NCBI GenBank assembly: GCA_030615265.1
Contig: JAUWZP010000002.1
Coordinates: forward strand, 1 to 55,301
DNA: 55,301 bases
Reading direction: 5' to 3'
Source: Candidatus Bathyarchaeota archaeon
Lineage (GTDB): Archaea > Thermoproteota > Bathyarchaeia > Bathyarchaeales > Bathyarchaeaceae
The notes beneath the pieces were generated by a model that had not been told where the DNA came from, did no database searches, and saw only the letters and a program-made list of their open reading frames with translations. Each line of letters opens with the position of its first letter. Position 1 is the stretch's first letter. The translations under genes and the position numbers were made by a program. Below, piece after piece: positions 18,929-28,230 of this stretch.

Positions 18929-20323
18929 GTGAAGATGAGTAAGAAAGTTTTAATCATAGGTTTGGATGCCGCCCCGCCGGAACTCGTTTTTGAGGCTTTC
19001 TATGAGGATCTTCCCAACTTGAGGTATCTTATGGAAAACGGTGTCTATGCCCGTATGAGAAGCACCCATCCGCCAATAACTATACCCGCGTGGATGGTCA
19101 TGGTTACCGGCAAGAGTATGGGGAAACTTGGGCTCTACGGCTTTAGACATCGGAGACCTGGAACTTACAACGACATTTGGATTGCCCACTCGCTTGCTGT
19201 CAAGGAAAAGACTGTATGGGATATACTGGGCGAATGCAAGAAGCAAGTAGTAGTGATCGGTGTTCCGCCAACTTATCCTCCGAAACCAGTTAATGGCCAG
19301 CTAATATCCTGTTTTATAACTCCAACAACAGAGAAGGATTACACCTATCCCAAGGAGTTGAAAAGAGAGATTCAAGAGAAAGTTGGAGAATACCTTATAG
19401 ATGTGGTGTTTCGAACCGAACAGAAAGACCGTTTATTAGAGCAGCTTTACGAGATGACCGAGAAAAGATTCAAAGTTATCGAATATTTGATGACTCATAA
19501 GCCATGGGATTTCCTCATATTCGTGGAGATAGGAGTAGACCGAATACAGCATGCCTTCTGGAAGTTTTTTGATAAGCAACATCACCTGTATCAAGCAGGA
19601 AACCAATATGAGAATGCCGTTAAAGAATACTACGAGTTTTTAGACGAAAAGATAGGGAAACTGCTTAGGCTAACAGACAGCGACACGGTCATAATTGTAG
19701 TTTCAGATCACGGTGCAAAACGTATGAAAGGAGCCTTCTGCATAAACGAATGGCTAATAACAAAAGGGTATCTGACACTCAAAAAGAAGCCAGAAAACGC
19801 CGTGTCTCTAGAAAAAGCTGAAGTAAACTGGAGCAAAACCAAAGCTTGGGGTTGGGGAGGCTACCACGCAAGAATTTTCTTCAACGTAAGAGGCAGAGAA
19901 CCACAAGGCGTCATTGAACCTGAAAACTTTGACAGTTTCAGAAAACAGCTCATTGAAGAGATAAGGGCTATAAGAGGACCCAACGGTGAACCGTGGGACA
20001 CCGAGGTTTACACTCCAGAGGAAATATATCCAAACGGCAAAGGAGACTATCCCGACCTGACCGTTTACTTAGATGATCTTTCCTGGAGGTCTGCGGGAAC
20101 AATTGGACACAACATGTTGTATTTGCCGGAGAATGACAAAGGACCAGACGACGCGGTTCACTCTCACCACGGTATCTTCATACTCTACGATCCAAACAAA
20201 AAGATTGGAAAGAAAATACCCGACATTAGTATTCTAGACGTTGCTCCGACGGTCCTGAAGATTATGGGTCTCTCAGTTCCATCTGACATGGAAGGGCACA
20301 TCGTAAAGGAGGCATTTACATGA
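18929..20323 (+). CDS. Alkaline-phosphatase-superfamily protein (type I phosphodiesterase/nucleotide pyrophosphatase-like)
   Basis: VLIIGLDAAPPELVF, THPPITIPAWMVMVTG, VVSDHGA and HSHHGIF blocks. Abuts sat and overlaps cysC by 4 nt. Confidence 0.7.
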   Translation: MKMSKKVLIIGLDAAPPELVFEAFYEDLPNLRYLMENGVYARMRSTHPPITIPAWMVMVTGKSMGKLGLYGFRHRRPGTYNDIWIAHSLAVKEKTVWDILGECKKQVVVIGVPPTYPPKPVNGQLISCFITPTTEKDYTYPKELKREIQEKVGEYLIDVVFRTEQKDRLLEQLYEMTEKRFKVIEYLMTHKPWDFLIFVEIGVDRIQHAFWKFFDKQHHLYQAGNQYENAVKEYYEFLDEKIGKLLRLTDSDTVIIVVSDHGAKRMKGAFCINEWLITKGYLTLKKKPENAVSLEKAEVNWSKTKAWGWGGYHARIFFNVRGREPQGVIEPENFDSFRKQLIEEIRAIRGPNGEPWDTEVYTPEEIYPNGKGDYPDLTVYLDDLSWRSAGTIGHNMLYLPENDKGPDDAVHSHHGIFILYDPNKKIGKKIPDISILDVAPTVLKIMGLSVPSDMEGHIVKEAFT

Positions 20324-20856
20324 GTAGTTTTGAGAACTATGGTTTTGTAGTTTGGCTCACTGGGTTACCTGGCTCAGGCAAGACTACAATTGCGAGAGGA
20401 CTGGAAAGAGAGTTAAAAGTTCGAGGTTTAAAGTTTGAGGTTTTCGACGGAGATGAAGTGCGAAAGAATCTCAGCAAAGGATTAGGCTTCAGCAAGGAAG
20501 ATCGAGATACCCACAACAAGAGAGTCATCTATGTCTGCAAGCTCCTCACCAGGAACGGGGTCAACGCCGTAGTATCATTGATCTCTCCTTACCATAGCAC
20601 CAGAGCTTATGCCAGGGAGCAACTTCCAAGATTCGTGGAGGTTTACTTGAAATGTTCCGTAGAAGAATGCATACGTCGCGATCCAAAAGGATTATACAAG
20701 AAGGCTTTAGCCGGCGAAATTGACAACATGACTGGGATACAAGACCCTTACGAGGAGCCTCTTAATCCTGAGGTTGTTTTAGACACCGAACATGATTCGT
20801 CGGAATATAATATTCAAAAAGTTTTGTCCAAACTTGAGGAACTCGACTACATTTGA
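20320..20856 (+). CDS. cysC: Adenylylsulfate (APS) kinase
   Basis: P-loop VVWLTGLPGSGKTTIA, then LDGDEVR-like FDGDEVRKNL and FSKEDRDTHNKR blocks. Confidence 0.9.
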   Translation: MSSFENYGFVVWLTGLPGSGKTTIARGLERELKVRGLKFEVFDGDEVRKNLSKGLGFSKEDRDTHNKRVIYVCKLLTRNGVNAVVSLISPYHSTRAYAREQLPRFVEVYLKCSVEECIRRDPKGLYKKALAGEIDNMTGIQDPYEEPLNPEVVLDTEHDSSEYNIQKVLSKLEELDYI

Positions 20857-20862
20857 TACTAG

Positions 20863-21657
20863 GTGAGAGGTGTGAATTCTTCTTGGGTTTTTCTAGAGTT
20901 ACTCTTTCCTTTCATGGTTTTAATTGGCTTTGCGGTTGGATACGCTAACGGTGCTGTGGGAATGGGATACGGTGTAATCTCCACTTCTCTGTTATTGACA
21001 ACAGGCGTAGCCCCTACAATTGCATCGGCTTCAACCCGTACGGCTAAAATTTCCATCTCGCTATTTGCAGGAGTTTCTCATTGGAAATTGGGAAATCTTC
21101 GTAGAGACATTGGACTACCTATGATCTTGCCAGGTATGGTTGGTGGGGTTTTCGGTGCCTACCTGCTCTATTCGCTTTCGCAATATGATATCAAGCCCTT
21201 TATCGCTGGCTTCCTCTTCTTGACGGGCCTCATAGTTTTCTTCAGATTTTTGTTTCGAAAGCAATTCTCGGTTGAAGAAAAACCTTTTTCAAAGAGCAGA
21301 TTAGGTGTCTTAGCTTTCATCGCCGCAATCTCCGATGCCTTCTTTGGAGGTGGCTGGGGACCGATAACAGCGCCCATTCTAATTCTGGCAAATAAAAGTG
21401 AACCACGGAAAGTAATTGGCTCTACGGATGCCGCTGCGTTCTTTATTACAGCGGCGGAAACCATCACATTTATCTGGCTCCTAGGTGTTGAGCAATTTCG
21501 GTGGGACTGGATCTTGGCTTTGGTGATTGGTGGAGGGATAGCTACTCCACTGGCAGCGTATACATCTAAACGGGTTCAACCAAGGTTTCTGGGTGCATTT
21601 ATTGGGCTGATCTTAGTGTTGACGAACTTGTGGACAATTGCATCCCTACTGTTCTAG
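20863..21657 (+). CDS. TauE/SafE-family (DUF81) anion exporter membrane protein
   Basis: 264-aa polytopic ORF with Gly-rich TM repeats (GYANGAVGMGYGV, FFGGGWGPI) typical of the TauE/SafE family. Confidence 0.75.
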   Translation: MRGVNSSWVFLELLFPFMVLIGFAVGYANGAVGMGYGVISTSLLLTTGVAPTIASASTRTAKISISLFAGVSHWKLGNLRRDIGLPMILPGMVGGVFGAYLLYSLSQYDIKPFIAGFLFLTGLIVFFRFLFRKQFSVEEKPFSKSRLGVLAFIAAISDAFFGGGWGPITAPILILANKSEPRKVIGSTDAAAFFITAAETITFIWLLGVEQFRWDWILALVIGGGIATPLAAYTSKRVQPRFLGAFIGLILVLTNLWTIASLLF

Positions 21658-22030
21658 TCTCGGCTTGCTGTTTAAATTTGCCGTAAAGTCATTTCATAAT
21701 CCAGTCACGAAGACGGGTTAGTTTTGCCGTGCAGAATAAATAACGCTTAAAGATTCGTGGCTACAAACCGAAGGATCTCGTAGACCGATCCGCTGTGCCG
21801 TCTAGAAGCGTTTGGCGCATTTGAAGCGCGTGCAAGACGAGCCATTATGAGAGTGATTGCAAGCACAAGCCTTTTGACAATAAAAAAGCTCTTTCTAAGA
21901 AAAAGTAGTCGGTACGCTTTCCCTCATTTCCGTTTACTGAAGGTGTCAGGAGACAGAAAATTCTTATTGGGCGCGGAAAGAAATGTTAGTGACAATCGAA
22001 CAGATGAGATGCATGGGTGAGGTCCAATAG

Positions 22031-22258
22031 ATGGAAGCTCGGTTTGAAGAGACCTGTCGGAAATATGAAGAAGCTGTTAGTGATATGAACAGCGCTGATC
22101 TTTCTGCATTAAAGGCTGAATTTGAGTCTCTTATGGATGACCTGCGCTTCAGAGATGAAAACCATGATTTACTTGACAAAGCGGAAGACATACTAGTCGA
22201 CGTAACAAGGATGATTGAAGAAACGCATTGTCAACCCTTAAAATGCTCATCCAAGTAA
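22031..22258 (+). CDS. Hypothetical small acidic helical protein (uncertain)
   Basis: 75-aa ORF in a 650-nt gap. It competes with an antisense ORF and no family is recognised. Confidence 0.3.
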   Translation: MEARFEETCRKYEEAVSDMNSADLSALKAEFESLMDDLRFRDENHDLLDKAEDILVDVTRMIEETHCQPLKCSSK

Positions 22259-22309
22259 TCTGTGAATGATTAAGAATACCATCAATCAATCTTTCGGTTA
22301 TGTGAGTTG

Positions 22310-22822
22310 TCAATAGTTGTCAAAATGAAGGATTTCGTCTATTTCTCGATGGGTTCTCAGACCAGCTTTTTCGTCTGGGTATCCTATGGGTATCATGGCG
22401 ATGATTCTGAGGTGAGAAGGCACGTTTAGCGTGGTTCTAACATGTTTTTCATAGCTTGAATTGTGAGGATCGTACACCGCGGCCCAGCAGGCGCCTAAAC
22501 CCAGCGAATGTACTGTTAACAGAAGGTTTTGTATGGCACATGTGGTATCAACTGCAAAATAGCTTGGTGAACGCCTTTCATCTCCAAGAGCTACAATGCA
22601 GACTGGTGCATCTTTGACGAAGTAGCTCCACGCATGCGTTTGCGAGAGCTTTTCTTTAACCTGCTTATTCCTTACAACGATGAATTCCCAAGGTTGAATA
22701 TTATCAGCAGACGGTGCGTGACGAGCAGCATCAATTAACTGGTGAATTATCTCATCCGAAACCGGATCTGACCTATAGCGACGTATACTTCTACGAGTTT
22801 TAACTACCTCCAGAAAATCCAT
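22310..22822 (-). CDS. Nitroreductase-family protein
   Basis: VVKTRRSIRRYRSDPVSDEIIHQLIDAARHAPSADNIQPWEFIVV is the classic nitroreductase N-terminus. Confidence 0.85.
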   Translation of the reverse strand: MDFLEVVKTRRSIRRYRSDPVSDEIIHQLIDAARHAPSADNIQPWEFIVVRNKQVKEKLSQTHAWSYFVKDAPVCIVALGDERRSPSYFAVDTTCAIQNLLLTVHSLGLGACWAAVYDPHNSSYEKHVRTTLNVPSHLRIIAMIPIGYPDEKAGLRTHREIDEILHFDNY

Positions 22823-22908
22823 TATGCCTCACTCCAGTTCTTGGATCAAAGCAAAATCATCTTTTTTAACCAGTTGAATGCCGAAAATTCAAAACAAAAA
22901 AAGGGAGA

Positions 22909-23847
22909 TCAGATGGTGACTTCGAACATTAAACGATCAACTAGCTCTTTGTAGCGGTTTCGAATTGTTACTTCTGTGACCTGTGCAATTTCCGCAATTT
23001 CCCGTTGAGTTTTTCGTTCACCAGTTAATACAGAGGCAATGTAGCTGGCGGCTGCAGCTATGCCCGTGGGTCCTCTGCCAGAAGTAAGCTTAAGCTCCCT
23101 CGCGTTGGCCAAAATCTTGTGGGCAATCTCTTCCACTTTGCCCGCCATTGTCAGCTGGTTGGAAAACTTCGTAATGTACTGGCTTGGTTTTAAAGGCGGA
23201 ATGAAATAGTCCAGTTCTTTAATGAGAAAGCGATAACTTCGACCAACTTCCTTCTTGCTGATATTGGAGGCTTGAGCAATCTCCTCAAGAGTTCTCGCTA
23301 ATCCGCATTGTCGACAAGCCACATAAACGGCAGCTGCGGTTACGCCTTGAATAGACCTTCCCCGTATAAGCCTTTCCTTCACAGCCCTCCGATAAATCAC
23401 AGAAGCTGTCTCCAAAATATTCTTAGGCAAATTCAACGAATTAGCTATCTTTGAAATTTCAGACAAAGCAAAAGCAAGATTGCGTTCAGTCGCATCTGAA
23501 ACCCGTATTCTACGTTGCCACTTTCGCAACCGATAAATCTGAGCTTTTTGGCCTGGAGAAAGCCTTTTCCCGTAGACATCTCGATCATGCCAGTCAATCA
23601 TCGTTGAAAGCCCTTTATCATGAATAGTATAAGTCAGCGGGGCACCAACCCTAGCTCGTTTCGCTCTCTGTTCGGCGTTGAACGCGCGCCATTCAGGTCC
23701 TCTATCTGCAAGTTTGGCTGCTATAACAAAGCCGCAGTTCATGCATACAATTTCGGCGCATTCGTAGTCTCTCATGAGCCTGTTGCTTCCGCATTCGGGG
23801 CATTGCTGAACTTTCGTGTGAGTTGTGGGAACACGTTCTGCACTCAT
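22909..23847 (-). CDS. tfb: Transcription initiation factor IIB (TFB)
   Basis: N-terminal Zn ribbon CPECGS...CMNCG, followed by two cyclin-like repeats ([32 protein letters not shown]). Confidence 0.95.
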   Translation of the reverse strand: MSAERVPTTHTKVQQCPECGSNRLMRDYECAEIVCMNCGFVIAAKLADRGPEWRAFNAEQRAKRARVGAPLTYTIHDKGLSTMIDWHDRDVYGKRLSPGQKAQIYRLRKWQRRIRVSDATERNLAFALSEISKIANSLNLPKNILETASVIYRRAVKERLIRGRSIQGVTAAAVYVACRQCGLARTLEEIAQASNISKKEVGRSYRFLIKELDYFIPPLKPSQYITKFSNQLTMAGKVEEIAHKILANARELKLTSGRGPTGIAAAASYIASVLTGERKTQREIAEIAQVTEVTIRNRYKELVDRLMFEVTI

Positions 23848-24131
23848 CTTCTTCTCTTCCTTCTTCTTTTTCGAGAGGGGAAAACGTAGAGAACCCGATT
23901 TGCAAATCGCTGCGGTTCTTCTACATTTGGTTTTACTGAAACATAAGGGGAGGAAACTGGTCCGATGATGTCGAAAATTGTTCCCACAGCCTTCAAGTTT
24001 TCGTCAACAACTTTGTCATTGATTTTGGGAAGCCTCTCTGCCTTTAAAATCAGGTTTTTGGAAGGACTAACATGAAGCACGTAACCCAATCTCTGCAATC
24101 TGTCCCCTCTATAAAAGTTAAAGGGTTTCAA
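23844..24131 (-). CDS. gar1: H/ACA RNP protein Gar1
   Basis: [17 protein letters not shown]...[20 protein letters not shown]. 4-nt overlap with the tfb start. Confidence 0.85.
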   Translation of the reverse strand: MKPFNFYRGDRLQRLGYVLHVSPSKNLILKAERLPKINDKVVDENLKAVGTIFDIIGPVSSPYVSVKPNVEEPQRFANRVLYVFPSRKRRRKRRR

Positions 24132-24180
24132 ACAGAGCGCGTTATTTAAACCTTTCTTAAAGGTTTGCGTTAATCCGAGT

Positions 24181-24477
24181 TTACTTGCGCCTGTTTACCA
24201 GTTCTTTTGCGATTTTCCGTATTATTTGGGTTTTTGAGCCTTTTTTGGGAATTAACACGTAGCCTGTTTTTTGCCAGGGGGTCTTAGGATATTTAACATC
24301 GAAAACGACTTCTGATTGTAAGCCTATGCTTTTTGTTGCATTTTGTATCTCCTCTAGTTTTGGAGACGTTACGGCAAGGCTTTTGGGCACTCTTCTTCCT
24401 TGCAGTCGGGTTTTGTTTAAGTCAAAATAGGCTGGCCACAGAAGAATTTTGTCTTGTTTTCTCATGAGCACAACCAT
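24181..24477 (-). CDS. srp19: Signal recognition particle protein SRP19
   Basis: ILWPAYFDLNKTRLQGRRVPKSLAV matches the SRP19 pattern. Confidence 0.85.
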   Translation of the reverse strand: MVVLMRKQDKILLWPAYFDLNKTRLQGRRVPKSLAVTSPKLEEIQNATKSIGLQSEVVFDVKYPKTPWQKTGYVLIPKKGSKTQIIRKIAKELVNRRK

Positions 24478-24504
24478 TATTCCTTAAACTTGTCTTCTCA
24501 TCTA

Positions 24505-24894
24505 CTATTCTTTTTGAAGAAGCACCGCGTTTACCAGTCCGTCTTGTCCTGGACGAGAGGTCACGCGAGCTGTTCCGAGAGAGGTTTCGATGATTGTGCC
24601 TTTCGTGATTACTCCTCTGCGATTGTAATCTACATTAGCTGGATTCTTTATTACCCGTAGGATCTCGGTTTTTTCGGTTTTTCCCGTGGAGGGGTTAGAA
24701 ACATTTGCGTGGCTTGCACTTTGCAGTCGTATCTTAATGTTGCCTCCTCGTCGGCGAGAAATTTTCTTTCTGGTTTTGCCAAGCGTGGTCTCTGTTGGAA
24801 AAGAGCCCATTTCAAATTTGTTTTTCATTCTGTAGGCTCTTTTTCTGCCGCCTGTAGGCTTTCTTTTATGTAGTCTTCCATGCCAAACGGACAA
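24505..24894 (-). CDS. rps8e: 30S ribosomal protein S8e
   Basis: WHGRLHKRKPTGGRKRAYRMKNKFEMG N-terminus in a 129-aa ORF. Confidence 0.9.
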   Translation of the reverse strand: MSVWHGRLHKRKPTGGRKRAYRMKNKFEMGSFPTETTLGKTRKKISRRRGGNIKIRLQSASHANVSNPSTGKTEKTEILRVIKNPANVDYNRRGVITKGTIIETSLGTARVTSRPGQDGLVNAVLLQKE

Positions 24895-24992
24895 CTGTGT
24901 TTTCTCCTTCGTCAGATGCGACTATGACGATAATAAAGCTTGTTTATTAAACTTCCTTTGTTTATAATGTGCTTGACAGACTACGCATATGG

Positions 24993-25589
24993 TTATTTTC
25001 TTTCAGTGATCAACACTTCATGGGCATGTCTTAGCCTTGCTGAAGTCAACTCGCTTAGCATTACAAGTTGTTCAGTGGACAGATAGTTGTTTGCAGAGGA
25101 GTCAAAGAGAATGTTTGCTGAAGCAGGAAACTCTGATGTTTCGGCCCATAAAACAATTGTGACTGACACAAGGGGAAGGGAATAAATCTTCACTGAGCAG
25201 TCGCCATGACTCAACTTTTCGCCACCCAAAAGCTTCACCGCTTGATGTAGCAAAGAAGCTTTCGAACCAAAAACCCTTGCCAATGGCTTAGCTACGCGTT
25301 GAATGAACACACCTTGATATGAGCGGCCTCCCCAAAGTTTGGCGAAAGGAACCAGCTGCCGAGTTTCCGCAACTTGTTTCGCTTCGGCATATCCAAAAAG
25401 TATACAGTAAATGCTCGGCTCTATATGTGGAATGATTTTTTGCCTTAGATCATCGTGGACACGTCCGTCTTTAAGGGAAAGGCTTAACCCTAAAAACTTT
25501 AGAACTGAGGCGTTTGGAAATCCTAAGCGCCCTTTCAGCGTCGTAATCTTATCTTTGCATCTTTTCCAGTTCCAGATTTCTCTGTACAT
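24993..25589 (-). CDS. Conserved hypothetical protein (possibly DUF3786-like)
   Basis: 198-aa ORF. The family assignment is from weak recollection only. Confidence 0.5.
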   Translation of the reverse strand: MYREIWNWKRCKDKITTLKGRLGFPNASVLKFLGLSLSLKDGRVHDDLRQKIIPHIEPSIYCILFGYAEAKQVAETRQLVPFAKLWGGRSYQGVFIQRVAKPLARVFGSKASLLHQAVKLLGGEKLSHGDCSVKIYSLPLVSVTIVLWAETSEFPASANILFDSSANNYLSTEQLVMLSELTSARLRHAHEVLITERK

Positions 25590-25683
25590 TTTCTAACCTG
25601 CGCTGCTTACGTGTTAGGCTATGTATCAAACTATTTAAGCAGGCAGGCTTCATCATACAAGGAAAGTCTTTGAAGGAAAAAGC

Positions 25684-26094
25684 ATGAAATCTGATTATAA
25701 AGAGTTGCTGAAGCGAGCTCGTACGCAGCTTCCACCAGAGGTTTTTGAGCATAAGCGATTTGAGATTCCAAAGCCACGCAGCTTCACCGTCGGCATGAAA
25801 ACTTTTATCCATAACTTTAAAGAGATTTGTGAAGCCTTCAATCGTGACCCTCAACATCTGCTGCGTTACTTGTCCCGTGAAATGGCTACGGCTGGAACCA
25901 TAAGCGGTGGTAGAGCAGTCTTTCAAGGCAGGTTTCCCCGTGACACCATTGAGCGGTTAGTTCAACATTACGCTGTTGCTTTCTTGATCTGTCCTGTTTG
26001 CAAGCGTCCAGACACGAAAATCGTGAAGGAGAAACGTCTCAGTTTTATGGTTTGCGAGGCTTGTGGAGCTAAAAGTTCTGTGCGTAGCATGTAG
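25684..26094 (+). CDS. Translation initiation factor aIF2 beta subunit
   Basis: YKELLKRA...RFEIPKP...NFKEICEAFNRDPQHLLRYLSREMATAG, plus a C-terminal Zn ribbon CPVCKRPDT...CEACG. Confidence 0.9.
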   Translation: MKSDYKELLKRARTQLPPEVFEHKRFEIPKPRSFTVGMKTFIHNFKEICEAFNRDPQHLLRYLSREMATAGTISGGRAVFQGRFPRDTIERLVQHYAVAFLICPVCKRPDTKIVKEKRLSFMVCEACGAKSSVRSM

Positions 26095-26196
26095 AGTTCA
26101 GAAACAAGACAAACAATAAAACTTACGTCTCCTATTTTAATACTTGAAGCATGCTGAGCCATAACTTCGGTAGAAGCAAAAAAGAAGTGCACAACA

Positions 26197-26493
26197 TTGG
26201 AAGTCTACGTTAACCTACGCAAATGGGGCAGATTCACAGTTTTGGCAACATGTGACGCTGAACTGCTCGGTCGAATCCTACGCGACAGCAAGATAGTTTT
26301 CGAAGTTAGAGAAAGCTTCTACAAAGGCTCTAAGGTTTCGGTTGAAGAAGCCATTGAACTTGTAAAGCAGTGTGCAATCGTGAATATGGTTGGAAAACAC
26401 ATTGTGAAACGAGCCGTACAGGAAGGGCTGATTCACCCTGAGGCTATACTGGAAATCTCTGGAGTGCCCCATGCCCAAATCGTGAAAATGTAA
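26197..26493 (+). CDS. DUF424-family protein
   Basis: TTG start. VLATCDAELLGR...ESFYKG...IVNMVGKHIV...GVPHAQI pattern, in the usual position after aIF2-beta. Confidence 0.65.
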   Translation: MEVYVNLRKWGRFTVLATCDAELLGRILRDSKIVFEVRESFYKGSKVSVEEAIELVKQCAIVNMVGKHIVKRAVQEGLIHPEAILEISGVPHAQIVKM

Positions 26494-26599
26494 GTTTCCG
26501 TTCTACTAACATGTTTAAGCCCGCTCATTTACGCAAAGCCTTACCGCTTCTTCTCAAACACAAAACTGTGAATGATTAACAGGCTTTGGATTCCTTCGT

Positions 26600-27664
26600 T
26601 TAAGTGATCTTTTTCACGTAATCAAGAAGGGCCGCAGGTTTATGGAATGGTAAGGAAAGTTCTGCGACACATAGCAGATAACAACCCATCGATTTTGCCA
26701 ATGTGCATTCCTTAAACTTTCTTCTCAGCGTTTCTGCTTTTTCAGAGAACCAGATGTCCCTTAAGTCTTGTTTCAGCACGTTACCCAGATTGTGAGATTC
26801 ATATAGACCCGCTGCGCACACAGTTGCAACGGTTCCGTTGCTTGCTACCGCAAGTTGCAGATTTAATGGGTAACATGTAAAGTCAGCTCTGTCTTTCACT
26901 AACCTGAGGTATGAGTTTGTGTTCTGTATGGTTTTTCTGAAGCCGTTTTTTCTGTAAAAAAGAAGCATATCTATAACTGATTTCATGAGATTCCAATCGT
27001 TCAGTTTCATTAGGTCTTCTTCTTTCTTAGATAGCGTCCCCAAGATTGCCCCGTTAGTAAATTTGGCTGGTCTTATGAAGAGTGGTGCAACGGAAAATCC
27101 ACAATCAAGTTGCCTTGCCAAAAACAAAAGTTCTTTCACATCATCCAAACTGTGTTGCCCCGTTACAACGCAGTTCATATTCGCAATGATTCCATAATCG
27201 CGTGCCTGCTTTATGCCGACTATGGCTTTTTCTAGTAAGCCGTCTAAACCTCGGTTCTTATCGTGGCGGACATCTGGAAAATCTATACTTACGCTAACTG
27301 CGTCAAGGTCCTCATAAAATTCATGAATACGTTGCGGAAGCAAATAACCATTTGTTAAGAGGAGAGTCGAGAATCCCGTCTCTTTCGCGTACTTGAGCAC
27401 ACTTGGCAAATCCTTTCTCAAAAGGGACTCTCCACCGGTCACCACAAAGATGGCACAGCCCAAATCATACGCACTATCAAGTAATTTCTTGATTTCATCA
27501 AGGGAAAGCTCCGGCGTAAATTCTTCGAGTTTCCAGTAACCACAGAAATAACACTTTGCATTGCATCTTTGAGTGATTTCAAAACTTAAAAGTAAAGGGA
27601 GGGGTCTTCTCAAGACAAAATTGTTAATGACACATCTGAGAAAGTTCTTTACGGGATACTTCAT
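26600..27664 (-). CDS. Radical SAM protein with SPASM/twitch-like C-terminal Cys cluster
   Basis: CNAKCYFCGYW (CxxxCxxC), then FVVTGGESLL, then a C-terminal Cys-rich region (TCYP...VCAAG...LGNV...IW...CTLAKSMGCYLLC). Confidence 0.85.
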   Translation of the reverse strand: MKYPVKNFLRCVINNFVLRRPLPLLLSFEITQRCNAKCYFCGYWKLEEFTPELSLDEIKKLLDSAYDLGCAIFVVTGGESLLRKDLPSVLKYAKETGFSTLLLTNGYLLPQRIHEFYEDLDAVSVSIDFPDVRHDKNRGLDGLLEKAIVGIKQARDYGIIANMNCVVTGQHSLDDVKELLFLARQLDCGFSVAPLFIRPAKFTNGAILGTLSKKEEDLMKLNDWNLMKSVIDMLLFYRKNGFRKTIQNTNSYLRLVKDRADFTCYPLNLQLAVASNGTVATVCAAGLYESHNLGNVLKQDLRDIWFSEKAETLRRKFKECTLAKSMGCYLLCVAELSLPFHKPAALLDYVKKIT

Positions 27665-27699
27665 GGCTTTACCATATCTCTCCTAGAAAAATAAATAGG

Positions 27700-28191
27700 T
27701 TGTGCAGTCTGGCAAGGCAGATTCTGAATATGATTGAGGAGGTTAGAAGGCAGTTCAGAGAGATTCCAGGGTTGCTTGAAGGAACTGCGAAGCCAGATTA
27801 TGCTAGATGCGTGGACATAAGTACCAAGTACTCACTGAAACAGATGGTTCTTCCTGTATCTGTAGCGCTGATAGCTCCCATAGCCATAGGATTCACATTT
27901 GGAGTCTGGCCACTAGTATCCTTCTTGATTGGAGTAAAAATTGTTGGAGCACTCTTGGCCGTGTTTATGTTTAATTCAGGAGCAGAATGGGATAACGCTA
28001 AGAAACTCGTTGAGGCAGGAGCATTCGGAGGCAAGGGAACACCTTTGTACGCAGCAGCTGTGATCGGTGACACTATTGGAGACCCTCTTAAAGATACTGC
28101 GGGACCAAGCTTACACATACTGGTAAAGCTTGAGAACATTCTTGCCATAACATTGCTTCCGTTGTTCGTAACATATGCTCTCATTCATTAA
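27700..28191 (+). pseudogene. hppA: 3'-terminal fragment of membrane H+/Na+-translocating pyrophosphatase (last ~150 aa only)
   Basis: EEVRRQFREIPGLLEGTAKPDYARCVDIST...GAEWDNAKK...GDTIGDPLKDTAGPSLHILVKL matches the conserved C-terminus of V-type PPases. Only 35 nt separate it from the divergent radical SAM gene, so the other ~500+ codons are absent. Confidence 0.8.
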
Positions 28192-28230
28192 GTCCTTCTT
28201 GACGCTGACTCTTAAATCTGGGTGCTAAGT

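Noticed and set aside
25549-25926. 125-aa minus-strand ORF overlapping the aIF2-beta start region
   Set aside because: It overlaps both the well-supported aIF2-beta gene and the neighbouring 198-aa ORF. No motifs.
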